Assembly (NCBI GenBank): GCA_037447605.1
Contig: CM074806.1
Location: forward strand, 4,216,001 to 4,280,000
DNA: 64,000 nucleotides
Direction: 5' to 3'
Origin: Zygnema circumcarinatum SAG 698-1b
Taxonomy: Eukaryota; Plantae; Zygnematophyceae
The position numbers and the translations under genes were made by a program. Shown piece by piece: positions 14,064-32,470 of the stretch (positions are counted from its first letter, which is position 1; the number at the start of each line of letters is the position of its first letter). A model generated the notes under the pieces. It saw nothing but the letters and a program-made list of their open reading frames with translations, searched no databases and was not told where the DNA came from.

Positions 14064-16651
14064 ATGGCGGCCGTCTTTCTGCACGTGTATGACGTCACCA
14101 ACTGTTCCTCTGCGCAGGCGAATGACGCCATTGTGCATTTCAACAACGTCACAAGGGACACCATAGGCGTGGGCGGCATCTTCCATGGCGGCGTGGAGGT
14201 GCTGCCTCTCGCTTTTGGAGGGGGAAGAGGGGTTGGGGGTGGGGTTAGCGGTAGGGTTAGGATTAGGGGTAGGACGAGGTTTTGGGTTAAGAAGGCTGAT
14301 GTCTTTTTCCAAAATTTAGGGTTTGTCAAGTCGCTTATTGATAGCTGCTGGAATGTGCCGCGTCATCAATCACTTAGGATCAGAGAAATGGCATCGCCCC
14401 ATACTCACTAAGAAGCAGGCTCGGTCTTTCTTGAGGCAGAAGAGAAGTGCGTGTAAAGCAATGGAAAGGTTCAGCAAAGAACGCATTCAGGGAAGACATC
14501 AAGAAGAAGAATTCTGTAACTTCTTCGTTCCAAAAAGGAAGAAAGAATCATTCATGTAAACTCTCCTCATCCCATGAACGATGTTGCATGGCAATTCAGA
14601 TTTACGGCGCGGAATGGTCCTACGGCTGCTGCGACCGAGGCTCGGGAGTCTTCAGCGTCTTGCCGAAGTCAAATGGCGCGTACAGGTATCGAGAGAGCGT
14701 GTTGCTGGGGACGACCCACTTTGAAGAAAAGGAAGTGATGAACATTTTGGCGCAGCTGAGCATGAAGTGGGACGGCCTCTCGTACGACCTCCTCGCGCAC
14801 AACTGCAATCACTTCTGCGACGAGCTCTGCCAGTGGCTCGGAGTCGGCCGCATTCCGCGTGAGTGCTGCTTGCAAGGGGTGTATAAAGAAACTGCGAATG
14901 TTCAATACTGGAAAGGTTTAACATCACTTGGAAACGCATGGTGTGTCAAATGTTCATATCATTGAAAGGTCTTGGATCCGGTGCCTGAATTCGAAGAACG
15001 CTGCCCTTTGCATGTGCAGCATGGGTGAACCGATTTGCGGAAGTGGGAGATGCAGCGGTCGATGCGGCCGGCTTTACGCTCGAGCAGGTACGCAATGCCT
15101 TGACATTAAGCGAATTTGAGCAGATTTTAAACAAACATGATGCCTTTTCTCCCATTTAGCCTTCCAAATGCAACACTTTTATAATGTCTTTTCGCGTATT
15201 GCGTGTTGCAGCTGCGGCTCTTTCGCGAGAGGCTTGCGATGATTATAATGAAGCTGCTCGTTTTCCCGATCGGCTCAGAGAGGGCCTCGGGGCTGAAGCT
15301 GGAACGCCCTCCAAGTAGAGAGTCGCTCGGAGAGGTTCGCCTCTCTCAGAGATTGTCCGCAGGGGGAGGGGACGGGCCGGCCATTGTGACTATGGAGGTT
15401 GACAGTTCATTTCCTGCAATTACGTTCTATTGGAATGGGGAAGGTCCAGTGTATCAGGAAGGGGAGAGGGGGGAGGAGTACGAAGATGACGAGGAGGAGG
15501 AGGAGGAGGAGGAGGAGGAGGAGGAGGAGGAGGAGGAGGAGGAGGAGGAAAAGGAGGAGGAAGAGGAAGAGGAGGAGGAGGAAGAGGAGGAGGAGGAGGA
15601 GGAAGAGGAGGAGATGATGGAAGAGGAGACGATAGAGGGATGGAGTTGGGGAGAGAAGCTAGAAAGGAGAGTGGAAGTTGAGGAGAAGGATGAGGAGAGG
15701 GAAGGGAAAGAAAGGGAGGGGAATTCGAGGGAGGTGGGAAAGGTGATGATTGGAGAGGAACTGGGGAAAGACAAAGAAGGAGAGGAGAGTGAATGGGAAA
15801 TGTTGAAAGTAAGATGGGGGGAAGGTAAATTTGGGAGGACAGCGCAAGAGAAGAAAGAAGAGAGATTGGAGGAAGTAGAGGAGTGTGGAGCAGAGGAGGC
15901 GAACGAAGAGGAAGAGGAAGAGGAAGAGGAAGAGGACGAGGAAGAGGGAGAGGTTGAGGGAGAGGACGAAGAGGAGGACGGAGAGGACGAGGACGAGGAA
16001 GAGGAAGAGGAAGAAGGAGAGGAAGAGGAAGGGGAAGAGGAAGAAGATGAAGAAGAAGAAGAAGAAGAAGAAGAGGAAGAGGACGAGGAAGAGGAAGAGG
16101 AAGAGGAAGAGGAAGAGGAAGAGGAAGAGGAAGAGGAAGCGGAAGCGGAAGCGGAAGCGGAAGCGAGAGAGGTAGAGGTAGGAGAAGTGGGTGAGGACAG
16201 CTCGAGGGCATCTAAAAGGAGGAGCTCCAAAGAGATCAGCCTGAATGACATAGACTCCACAAGAGAGGGAGACCTTACCTTGCCCTCCCCCACACTATCA
16301 GAAGCGGCGGCAAAAGTAAATATTGAAACTTTACAGGCCCTCAATATGAGCCCGCGCTGTTTTCGGACGCCCGAGATCCCTATTGAAGACTCCCTCGTGG
16401 ATGCAGTTTTCCGCTCTATTGTCAGGATGGAGGCAGCAGCATTAGCAGTGAAGGAGGCGAGAGATACACTTGGGAGTGAGGGAGAGGGGGGGAGAGGGAG
16501 GGAGGGGAAGGAGGAGGACGCTGTTCTCAACACCTTGCTGTCAGAAAAATCAAAAAGTCAGATTATTAACCTGATTGATTTGAACCCGGAGGCCATAAAT
16601 AATGGAATTGTGATGTGTACCATCATGCCGCCCAACTTAGCAGCCCACTAG
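14064..16651 (+). CDS. PPPDE/DeSI-family deSUMOylating or deubiquitinating peptidase with a long Glu-rich C-terminal tail, ~633 aa; exons 14064-14198, 14600-14858, 15020-15087, 15212-16651
   Basis: LHVYDV, catalytic His motif GIFHGGVE(I)YG.EWSYG, catalytic Cys motif YDLLAHNCNHFCDE, and PWVNRFA; exons sum to 1902 nt, in frame. Confidence 0.9.
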
Positions 16652-17999
16652 GGCAGCCCCATGCCAGGGGAGAGAGAGGAGAGAGAAAAAGAGAGCAGAA
16701 AGGGAGAAGAGATAGGAGAGAGGGAGGGAGAACGCATGTTACGTGATGGCATTCATCTGGTCTACCTACAATATGGCCTCATAATGAGCTTATGTAGGTT
16801 TCTTCTCCACATAGCGAGGAGGAGAGTGTATGGGAGGGGAGAGAGCGGAGTGAAGTGGGGAAGGGGGAGGGAGAGGGCGTAGGAGTGGGAGAGAACGTGA
16901 AAATAAGTGAGCGAGAGCGAGTGTGCGAGGTGGAAGGTACTATGCTCAAAGCAAAAGGCCTTACTTTACATTGTACATACATTTTTTTTTCTCGATGTAG
17001 CGAAAGGAGACAGGGCTTGCAAAGTAGATATTTTCAGTTTTATACACTGTTGTATGTTAGAGCTAAGAGCCCTTTCATAATAGGAAAACCATACTTTGGT
17101 TGTGTGCATAAACCAACAAATGGGAGGGGGTTTGGATCTTCATTGACCTACTGCGTGCCAGAAATGGCGCCATTCCATTGATGAGAAGCACACACTTTCT
17201 GAACAAACTCAGCTCTTCTCTTACAAAAGATGTGGATATACCTCCGAACTGAGCACAAGGACCCGTGGAAAATGAAAAATCTCAGTTGCTATGCGTGGTC
17301 AGTTCAATCTAGAAGAAATTTGCACCGATCTCAATCTAAGTTCTATGACAAAAGACACGAAAAGTATTTATACAAAGAAGGTAAAGTAAATGTATACGGT
17401 CCGCAAATTGGTAGGAACCTGTCGAAAAACATTGAGTCCGGAAAATCAGTACATCCCACCGCTCCTCGGAGCCTCGCTCCTCCAATCGAGTGCGATAATT
17501 AGGAAATATATAAAAATAATAAAAAATCATGAAATAAATGACTACGAACTAAGAAGGTGGATCATGCGATTAGTCGAATCGGAGTAGCTGAGGACGCTTT
17601 GTGGCCGGAGGAGGACTGTGTGTGCTTTCATCGCACACTGAGAAGAGGATATCTGCGAGGAGGGGAGCAGAAGGAGATCAGAGGGAGGTCATGCAAACCA
17701 GGGTCCATCCACATGTCGATTTTCGTTCCAAAATGGAACATGAGAGTCGAAAAATCATAACAGGAAGTAATTACGTGAAGACCCGTTAGTCAGTATCACA
17801 GGGGACGTACACACATGGAGGGGGCCCATAATGCCGCACGCTCAAACAAGGTCGTCCCTCAACATACTCCCCCAAGTTCTGCTCTGCTCCCCCTCCCTTG
17901 CCTTCTAGGGCCTCCCCCTAGATAGACTTCAAATGTAGTGATTGCTCACCTCATGGTTTCTTTTGGAGCCCATCGAGCGATAAAAGGTAGCAAGCGTTC

Positions 18000-20900
18000 T
18001 CAGCGACGCTTTATCCATGGATGCGCTGCACCCACAAATGGAAACAACCCGTATAAGTAAGCCAGGGCCCGCCGCAAGCAGTTGTTCCAGAGAGAGAGAG
18101 AGAGAGAGAGGGGGAGAGAGAGCGAGCGAGAGAGAGAGAGCGAGAGAGAGAGAGAGAGCCGGGCACATACCGAGCACCTGGTCCGCCGTGGCTCGCTGCT
18201 TGGGGTCGTACGCGAGCATGGCCTTGACGAGGTCCTTCGCCCCCGCGGACACGCGCGTCCACGGGCCGCCCTCGAGGTCGAAGCGCCCGCGCACGATCGC
18301 CGCCTTTATGCCCGCCGCGGAGGGCGCCCAGAAGGGCGGGACGCCGCTCAGGAGGATGTACAGGACCACGCCCGCGCTCCATATGTCGGCCTCCGCGCCG
18401 TAGCTGCGCGCTATCACCTGTGGGAGGAAGGGGAGGGAGGGGAGGGAGGGGAGGAGGGGGATGGTTGAAGCGGAGGAGGGGAGGAGGGGAGAAGGGGAGA
18501 AGGGGAGGGGGGACGGGGGGGGGAAGGTGATGGGTGGGAGATGAGTGGATGGTCTACAGTTACTGTCGCTCTTTCCCTCTTGGTCCCGTACCGATACCTC
18601 ACTCTGACTTTGGCCCTCCCTCCCTCCATTTTTCTCCAACATCCCCCTCCCCCTCCTTTCCATCCCTTCTCTCTTTCCCCGCACAACGAGCCATGCAGCA
18701 CCCCCCACCTCCGGCGCGAGATAGAATGGCGTCCCCACTTCGTCTGTGCACTTCTTCCCTGTCGCCCCTCCCCACACCCCACATTGTCAAACCAACAAAA
18801 CCCTCCCCTCCCTCCATGGTACAACCCCCCCTCCCCCCCATCCCACCTCCCACCCCCACTTCCCACACCCCCTCTGCCCANNNNNNNNNNGATGACGCTG
18901 ACTGCCACCCCGAAGTCGATGACCTTGACGTCCGTGTCGCTGCCCGGCCTCGCGAGGAGGATGTTCTCGGGCTTCACGTCGCGGTGCATGAACCCGAGCG
19001 CGTGGCACCGCCGCAGGACGCGCGCCACGCGCCGTACCACCTCCGCGGCCGCGCGCTCGCCGTACCGCTTCCGCCGCCGGATGCGGGCGAACAGCTCGCC
19101 GCCAGCGCACAGCTCCATCACCACGTGGATGCTCTGGAGAGCGACACGTGGCAGTCGGGGGGTGGGTGGGGTGGGGGAGAGAGTGGGAGGCTCGTTTGGA
19201 GGGGGAGTGGGGTGGGGAGAGGGAGGTGGTTCGAAAGGGAGGGAGGGGGAGGGAGGGAGGGAGAAGGAGGCGGACCTTGGAGTCCTCGAAGACAGCCTGC
19301 AGCTGCACTACGTTGGGATGTGAGCGCAGCGCCTCGAGACTCGCCACCTCACGCCGAACGTCCTCCACGTCTTGCCAACTCTGCCAGTCGCCAGCTGTCA
19401 TGTGAGGGAGGGAGGAGAGAACACAAGAGAGAGACAGACAAGTGAACGAGAACGAGAGGGAGACACACGAAGAGAAAGAAAGAGATCGAAAGAGATGAAG
19501 AGAGAGAGAGAAATGAGAGAACTAAAACCTGCAGAATGGTCTTGCTGATGGTCTTGCATGCAAACTCTTTCTCAGTCGTCCACTCTCGGCAGCGCCTAAT
19601 CACTCCCACCCGCCCTCTCCCGAGCACCTCTCCCGACACGTGGAATCTCTCTCCCACGTCCTCAAATGCGCGGCTCAGCACGTTGAGGCTCGGGACCCTC
19701 CTCTCCAACCGCGCCTCCTCCACCCCCCCCCTCGCCTCCGCCTCCGACTGACTCCTCCTAAGAACAAACTCCTCCGGCACTCCCGTGCCATTCCTCTCCC
19801 TCATCCTCTCCTTCTCCTTCCTTTTCGTCTTCAATTTTTCCTCATCCCTCTCCTCCGCCTTCTCATTCTCCCTTTCTCGCGCTCTCAAATAGGTAGCCGC
19901 CTTTTTCCCCTCGAACTCCTCCTCCTCCTTCTCCCATTCCTTGAGAGTAAGCTTCTTGTCAGCTTCAAGCTCCTGCTTAATCGAAGAATCTCCGTGGGTT
20001 GAATCAGGAAGCTGAGCTACTCTCAGAGTAAGAAATCTTCTCCGAGGAGCTTTTTTTTCACTTGTAGTCATCAATCTATCGCTTCCTCGACTACGAGTTC
20101 TCATAAGCCTTTGAAGCCCTTCGAGGCCCCTAGAGCCATCTTGAAGCTTATCTCCCTCTCTCTCTTTCCTCCTCTCTTCTGGAGTGAGAGAGGCTTTTTG
20201 AGGGGTCACTTTTGAAATTTCGTCGTAGTTTTCGCTCGCAACTGTCCATATTTTGGAGATTTTCTTCGGAAATTTCGGAGTCCCCCCAATGAGCTCTATG
20301 CTTCTCACTCTCTCCGTAGCTCCCGACTGAGACAGAACTGGAGTGCATGGAGCGGGAGTGGAGGGCTCGGACGAATCCGGATAGAGGTCGATCATTACAT
20401 CGTCTCCCGCGCCTGAGCTTCCATTACATTGTGAAATTTCATTCGGAAGATTTTGCACATTTGTCGATGTAAACACAATCGAAGGGTTTAAGCTTTCATT
20501 ATCCGAATGAGTCGCATCGGCGGAAGACGAAATCGAATGCGAGAGCGGAAAATCCAAAGACGAAACAGGGCTGCAGTAAGGAGCGATTTGGGCTTCGTCG
20601 CTTCCGAGGGCCAAAAATGTATTTTTTATCTCGGCAGGTTCTGAGCCGGCCTTTGCTGGGAAACTCGGCCATATCTGCTCTGGAAGCTGCCGGAAAACCA
20701 TGGTTGGGACCTCTTTTGAAATAAATTTCTCGCCCGATAAATCGCTCGGAATTCCATCCTTCCCTACAGAACTTCCGTGTCCACACTCTCTCTCTCTACT
20801 CTCCTTCCCTCGCTTGAATTCTCCGATTACACTCATTAATGAATCTCCGCCCTTTTCGTCCGTGACTGCTCCATTCGTGTCTCCTCTCTCTCCCATTGCT

Positions 20901-23232
20901 CTCGCGCCTTTCCTCTCTCTGCCCTCTCTCTCTCTCCCCTCTCTCTCTCTCCTGCTCTCAGCTCCTCTCCCCTCTGCGCTCTCCATCTGCCCCATAAGGG
21001 ACCGCGTTCGGTTCAAAAGGCGCGGTCGAGGAGCCCAGAAGCTTCCTACTCGTTCGGGAGTATGAGGGGTTGTGAAAAAGCTCTCAGTATTGACAATCTC
21101 TCTCCCTAAGGCACTACCACTCGCCTCCTCCGTGTCTCCCACTTTTTCTCTCTCTCCCCCGTCGTCCCTCTCGTCCTCCCTTGCCCCCACTCTCTCCACC
21201 TCCCTCTCGTTCACTTTCGCCTCCTCCCACTCCTCCACCCTCTCTTCCTCCCTCTCCTTCACCCTCTTCTCCACCCTCGTCTCCACTCTCTCCTGCACCA
21301 ACCCTTCCTCCCCCTTCTCCTCCTCCCTATCTTCCTCTCCTCTCTGCTCCTTCCTCGAAATTTCCGCATGATACTCATCGAGAGCCTTTAAGAAGTCATT
21401 CCCTTTCCCGCACACACTCTTCTTTTGCCTCTCCTCCTTTCCCTTTGTCAAATCTTCAAATGAACCTCCTCTCTCTCCCTGTGCGCTCCTCCCCTCCATC
21501 CCTCCATCAAAGAATTCAAGCTCTCGCCTAACTCCAAAATGCTCCACACCAGTTCCCACACTCAGCGCTCTAAAGAGCCCCTTCTCCCCGAAACCCACTC
21601 CCACATTCAACTCTCTTTCCTCTCCAACTCGCTCTCCTCCTACAGCCCTCCCACCCTCCCCTAAGCCCTCCTTAAAGCTATCAACAGCAAGCTCTATGCT
21701 CACAGCTCTTCTCAAGATCCCCTCGCCTCTCCCTCCATACTCTAAAACGGGCCTTCTCGGCCGGCTCTCTCCTCTCCTTCCAAGCTTCGGAAACTGCGGC
21801 AGAGGATGCCCGTCTCTCTCTCTCTCACCGTGTGAAAGCTCCGCACTCCCTCCCTCCCTCCCACACCCTTTCAAGTCAGACCAATACGTAGTTCCGGAAC
21901 GGCAACCGCTCTCTCCTTCCCCCATACGACATATTTCTCTCTCCTTGATCTCCGAGGTCGGCCGCTTCCCTTCACTACGCTCTCCCTCCTTCCATCTCCC
22001 TCCTCTTCCTCCTCCTCCACCTCCTCCTCCTCCTCCTCTCCTCCTCCTCCTCCTCCTCCTCCTCCTCCTCCTCCTCCTCCTCCTCCTCCTCCTCCTCCTC
22101 CTCCTCCTCCTCCTCGCATTAAATCGTGCCCGAGACCTCCGAGACTAAGGGATCTCAGAAGAGCAGCACTCGCTCTCTCCTCCTGACTGAATGGCCTACC
22201 TTTCTCCCGCTCCCTCTCCCTCTCCCTCCCCCCTCTCCCCCTTTCCCCCGTATTTCCCTCCCTCTCTCCCAAACTCCTGGTTCTAAGCAACGCGGCCGCC
22301 GCCCTCTCCTCTTTACGCAGAAGTTTCTGAAAATCTGCGAAACCCATGGCTTCCTTCGACGCTTCTCCATCCCCTCCCTCTCCTCTCCCTCCCTTCAGAC
22401 TCCTCTGAAACCCAGAACCTTTCCCATTCTCCGTCTGAACGCCAACACTCACCCTCTTAGTCCCCCCCATTTCCCCGACAGGTTTTAAGCTCAAATGGGG
22501 TCCAATTTCTTCTTGTTGGGATTCTGTCGGACCCTGAAGAAACCTTCGAAGTTGGGGTTGTCTCCCACTACGGGAGGCCCGTCTCCCTCCCTCTCTCCCT
22601 CCCTCTCTCCCTCCCTCTCTCCTTCCTTCATTTCCTATCTCACACAGAGAAATCCCTCCCCCCCCTTCCAGCTCTTCCCTGGAAGCATTCATTTCGCCCT
22701 CAGAATCAACGTAGGAGCTCTCTCCCTCTCCCCTTCTCTCCCCCTCTCTCCCTCCCACTCCCACTCTCACTCCCTTCTCCTTTATCGGAGTGGGAGGGAG
22801 AGCCTCTCCTATCACTCTGTATCTTCGGGGGGTCCTTCTGAAGGCCCGGATGCAGTCCACCCTCCCTCTCTCGCTATGCCCGCTCCGCCCTCCGCCCCAT
22901 AAAGGGACTACCTCCGTCCCTCCCTCTCTCACACTCTGCGACTCTGTCCCAACTCTCTCACTATCATCATTTCCCTCTCTCCCACTCCGCCGACTGCCAT
23001 CCTTCCGAACGCTTCCGCCGTGCTCCCTGTGCAGCCGCATGGCGGAGGAGGAGGAGGAGCAGGAGGCGGAGGAGGAGCTTCTCTCATCCATAGCTGCCGC
23101 CTTTTCTCTTTCCATCACCCTCTCCCTCTCCCACTCCTCGCTCTTTTTCTCGCTCTCTCTTCTTGAAGGTTCGGCGCCATTCCGCCATGGATCAGCGCGA
23201 TGCCGAGGACTTCCGCGGTGAACGGCAGCCAT
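18000..23232 (-). CDS. CDPK-like (CAMK group) Ser/Thr kinase without EF-hands and with a very long low-complexity N-terminus; exons 23232-19529 (apparent 1-nt frameshift near 22038), 19380-19276, 19133-gap(18890), 18758-18709, 18417-18171, 18025-18000
   Basis: [78 protein letters not shown], then AHPWIKRR* with no calmodulin-like domain. An N gap at 18881-18890 hides the end of exon 3. The start could instead be the ATG at 21925 if the frameshift is real. Confidence 0.85.
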
Positions 23233-23914
23233 GGCGGAGAGCGGAGGAGGGAGGAGGGCAATCCTACGTCTTCTAGATGGAGATATATTGAGGGAGAGGA
23301 AGAGAGAGAAAGAGAGGGGGAGAGAGGGAGGGGGGGAGAGAGTGGGAGGGAGAGAGAGAGGGAGGGAGAGAGAGAGGGGGAGGGGGGTCGGAGTCCCGCC
23401 CAGGGCGCGAGCAATGAGTGGCGGGGGACAGGGGCGGCGGCCGCCGGGCGGCATGCTCCCGCCAAAAGCGGTCTGTTTCGGCTGCCCGCGGGGCCGGGCA
23501 GCGCCGTTGGAACGAAATTGGGCGGCACTTTTTTCGGGCAGCCGCGGAGATTCCGGGCAGGAGGGAGGCATCGGACGGTGGGGACGGCTCGATGGCTCCC
23601 CAAGAATCCCGGAGAGGCGTCGATCTTGTCGGTAGATGAAGATTCACGTCGCGACAACACGACAGCCTGGAACAGTTGTCGGGGGCCAGATGTGACTGCC
23701 ACGTGGCACCCGATAGGCGGCCCGAGCCGGCAGGTGGCGGGCGCGATTTTATTGGATTCGATATGCGACAAAGATTCGATGGTACGAGGTGGCCTGCTTG
23801 ACCGATCTTGACTTCTGGCATAATCTTGAAGAACTTGTAGAGATTTTTTTTTTTTCCCTCTCGAAAGCAATATTGTTATGGAAATTATTGAGGCCTTTTT
23901 GGCCCTTTTTTTAG

Positions 23915-25421
23915 TACTACCGTAAAACCGAACAGGATGAGAAATTGAGAAACGAGTTTACTTAAGGGTAGTGATATTTCCACCCCTTTTTTGGATCCAA
24001 ACACCCCTTCCCGGCCGGGCAGATTTCCAAAGGGATTAAAAACGGAAAATGCTTTTTTAACACCTTTTTGGAATCGATACCCACCTTCTTCCGTCGGCTG
24101 ATTTTATTTTTGCTAACCAAGGAAAATGATACCCCGTCACTGCATTTTGAATACCGCATCCCGCCTCCCTGAATTTTTTTTTTGAGGGAAAGAAATATCT
24201 GCCTGCCCGAATCCGCTCGAAGCGGACGTGCGTGACAATCGCATCTGTCGATTCCCTCGCAGATCGCACCACGGCAGGTCACCGTTCGATCTGCAGCCGG
24301 GCTCGATCTTAGCGAATGGAAAGCGCCCACGAGTCCCGTCAAAGCCGGATCGCACGTACGAGTGCGCGCGTCCCTCGGCCCGAGATCTCGTCATTGTTAG
24401 TTCCCAGCCAATAAAAATCTGCCACGTGTTTCATGATTGACGTGGAAGATTTTGATTGGTTTAAGGTCTCAATGTACGAAATTCTGGGTTCCTCAAGTTG
24501 CGACCGTACGAAATTTGTACGGACATACTTTTGAGACGACTTTGGCGGGATACGTGGGCACGTGCCATTCGCTGTGACCGAGCCCGGCTGCAGATCAAAT
24601 GGTGATCTGCCGTTTTGGGATCTGCGAGGGAATCGACGGCTGCGATGACCGCACGCGTGGAAAAAAATTCAGGTAGGCGGGATATTCAAAATGGGGTGAC
24701 GGGTTATCATTTTCCTTGTTTCGCAAAAAAAAAATCTGCCGATGGAGGGTGGGTATCGATTCCAAAAAGGTGTGAAAAAAGCATTTTCCGTTTTTAATCC
24801 TTTTTGAAATCTGCCCGGCCGGGAAGGGGTGTTTGGATCCAAAAAAGGGGTGGAAATATCACTACCCTTACTTAATTTCTCAATTCTGAATCTTATTGAA
24901 TAGGGTTGCACTTTGAACACTTTTTTCGAGGTCGAAACTTTATTTACGAAAGCGAAAAGTTTGAAGGAAAAACCTCAAAGACTCAATTGGTTTGATCGCA
25001 AGTGTGGATTCCACTTTTTGCCACGTTGGTTCCGTGCGATTCGAGGGATGTGGTTAACCCGGGCTAACCCAGTTTTTCGTACAGATTTTCCCGCGAGGCG
25101 ATCAACAATTTCTGTACGAACATCCGGGTCCACGCGCTTTGCAATCCGCTAAAATCTCATTGTTGATCGGTGGACCAAAGGAAAACTCAAATTGAACACG
25201 AAAGTTAATTAATTGTTCAAATGTTCAAACTGGTTCCTCCATAAAAATTGTATTGAGAAAAATTTATGACTTCATTTCTCATTTCTCAATTCTCAAAATG
25301 AATCGTGTTCACAAATAAGAGTTTTTTTTTTTGAGAAACTGCGTTTGAAAGTGTTTTTTTTTTTTAGATGCCAAAACCATTAATTTTTTTTTTCTCAACC
25401 TGTTCGGGTTTACGGGTAGTG
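23915..25421. mobile_element. Degenerate non-autonomous TIR element with CACTA-like ends, interrupted by the MITE at 23966-24867
   Basis: Left end TACTACCGTAAAACCGAACAGGATGAGAAA matches the reverse complement of the right end CACTACCCGTAAACCCGAACAGGTTGAGAAA over ~30 bp. The flanking 3-mers TAG/TCG match at only 2 of 3 positions. Confidence 0.5.
23966..24867. mobile_element. Foldback MITE (Mutator-like, long TIR), copy 1, 902 bp
   Basis: ~210-bp TIRs starting GGGTAGTGATATTTCCACCCCTTTT, an inner ~70-bp inverted repeat, and a perfect 8-bp TSD TTACTTAA (23958-23965 and 24868-24875). No coding capacity. Confidence 0.92.
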
Positions 25422-27354
25422 TCGAATTTTACCTTTTTGATTTCTGAAAAAATGCTACCAAAAAAATGGTTTACCATTATTCGTAGGTGGCGAATACGTC
25501 AGCAAGAGGGCTGCAGGCAATCGGAGCCGTCAATTGCAAGTGGATAACGCATGCAGATTTCGCATCGCCATACCGTCGGCGTATCGGCTACGACCGACAT
25601 ATTGGCCCTCTGCTGCGCCGCTTTTCTTCTGCCGGCGAGCGGAATTCCCCTACCGTACACAATCAATTTTACCGGCGTCGGCAGGTTTTCTGTCGGTCGG
25701 ATTTCGATACGCCAGCGATTTGGCGATGTTGTTTTCTTGTGATCGCAAACGACAAGCGGCCGCCCAGTACCAGACAGCCCCAGCCGCAGGGAAATTTCGC
25801 CGCCCGGCAGCAAAACAAGCGTTGGTTCAAGCGCCATTTTGGATGACGTCATCAAAAGGGGTTTTCCGGCTCCGTATGGTTCGGTCAGTGCGTCATTCTC
25901 CCTGTAAGTCCTGTACGCCTTTTTGTCACAAAGTAGGGTTTGTCACAAAGTTGCAAGCTTTCAGACTGTTTTGTCTGGCGATGACGCAAGAAATTGTGCA
26001 AGTTTCAAACCGGCACCGTCGGAGTCGTCCTATTTTCGAAGTTTCCAAAATGGAAAATGCCACTAATAGGATCGGATGAAATCCGACGGTGGTCCGCTGT
26101 CCTATTCCTTCTGCCTTGACAGATACCGACAAATATGCCGAACATGCACAGTCACTGTATGACGTCATCACTCAAACCCGACAAACAGTCCCAGGTACGG
26201 TAACCGCCGCATTTTTCGAAACCGCCGTTGACTTCCGCCGCCCGCAATCTTTAATTCCGGCAGCGGGCAGACCGGGGACTGGCGCTTTGTCGTTTCTGTA
26301 ATCATTGAGGCGGTACCTTCAGCAAGTGGCACCAGTCTGCTTTCGTACGGTCACTGTGTGGGCTTTGCCGTACAATAACTTGTCGGTTATGTGGTCTGGC
26401 CCTCCCTACACGACAAATGGTTTTATCCGGAACTCCGTACCGTACGCAGGCCAGTTCCCGCCTGCCACGTGCGCTGATGTGCAAATCTTTTTTTTGGCTG
26501 CGGCGACGGTCGTGCGGGAAAAAACGGTCGATTTCTCAAACTGGGACTCAATCTGAACTGGATCTGGAACAGGAACTGAACTGGAACTAAACAAGACTAG
26601 AACTGAACTGCAGCAGGAACTGTAATTGAAACTATGCTGAAACTGGCACTGCAGCTGGAACTGGAACTGCATTGGAAGTGAACCTGGAACAGCCCGCCAT
26701 GGCGCAGCATATCGTGATGAGGACGACGACAAAACCCATCCCCCATTGCATCCCTTGAAGGAAAAGGCGAAGCCTAAAGCCCCGCAACCCTACAGAGAGA
26801 GGAGAGAGCCAAAGATGAGGAGGAATGTTCCGCTGCAGCCATCCCCTTCAGCTATTGGCAGCTGATTGACAGTAAAACTGACAGACAATCACGTAAAACT
26901 GGCTGACATTTTTACTGCGAGCACATGAATCCTGAGAAAGCCACGAGAGAGAGAGAGAGAGGGGGGGAAAGGGAGACGAGCAGAGATCCCTCCATGCAGC
27001 CGCAAGCCATCCTATGCCTATGGCCATGCCATGACATGCCCATGCCATGCCATGCCATGCCTTGCCTGCAACACCTCGTCACTTCAAAAAAGTTTCCACA
27101 ATGTCACAAAGGAGACCTCCGCCACGCGCTGCCCGCGAGCGTCGCCGAACTCTAAATGCCAAAACGAGCCCTCAGCCTTCGCTCCCTCCAGTACAGAACT
27201 TCACTCCGCCTCCCAACTAGCCGCCACTCTCCCCTCCTCCCCCCCCTCCCCAATTCACTCCCTCTAAAACAGAATGTCCAACTCCTCCCCCTGCCTACCC
27301 CTTTCTCCCTCTCCCTCTCCCTCTCCCTCTCCCTCTCCCTCTCCCTCTCCCTCC

Positions 27355-32470
<5,116 letters not shown>

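Noticed and set aside
16660-17990. EF-hand exons downstream of the kinase
   Set aside because: No DxDxDG-type motifs were seen, and an in-frame stop follows HPWIKRR.
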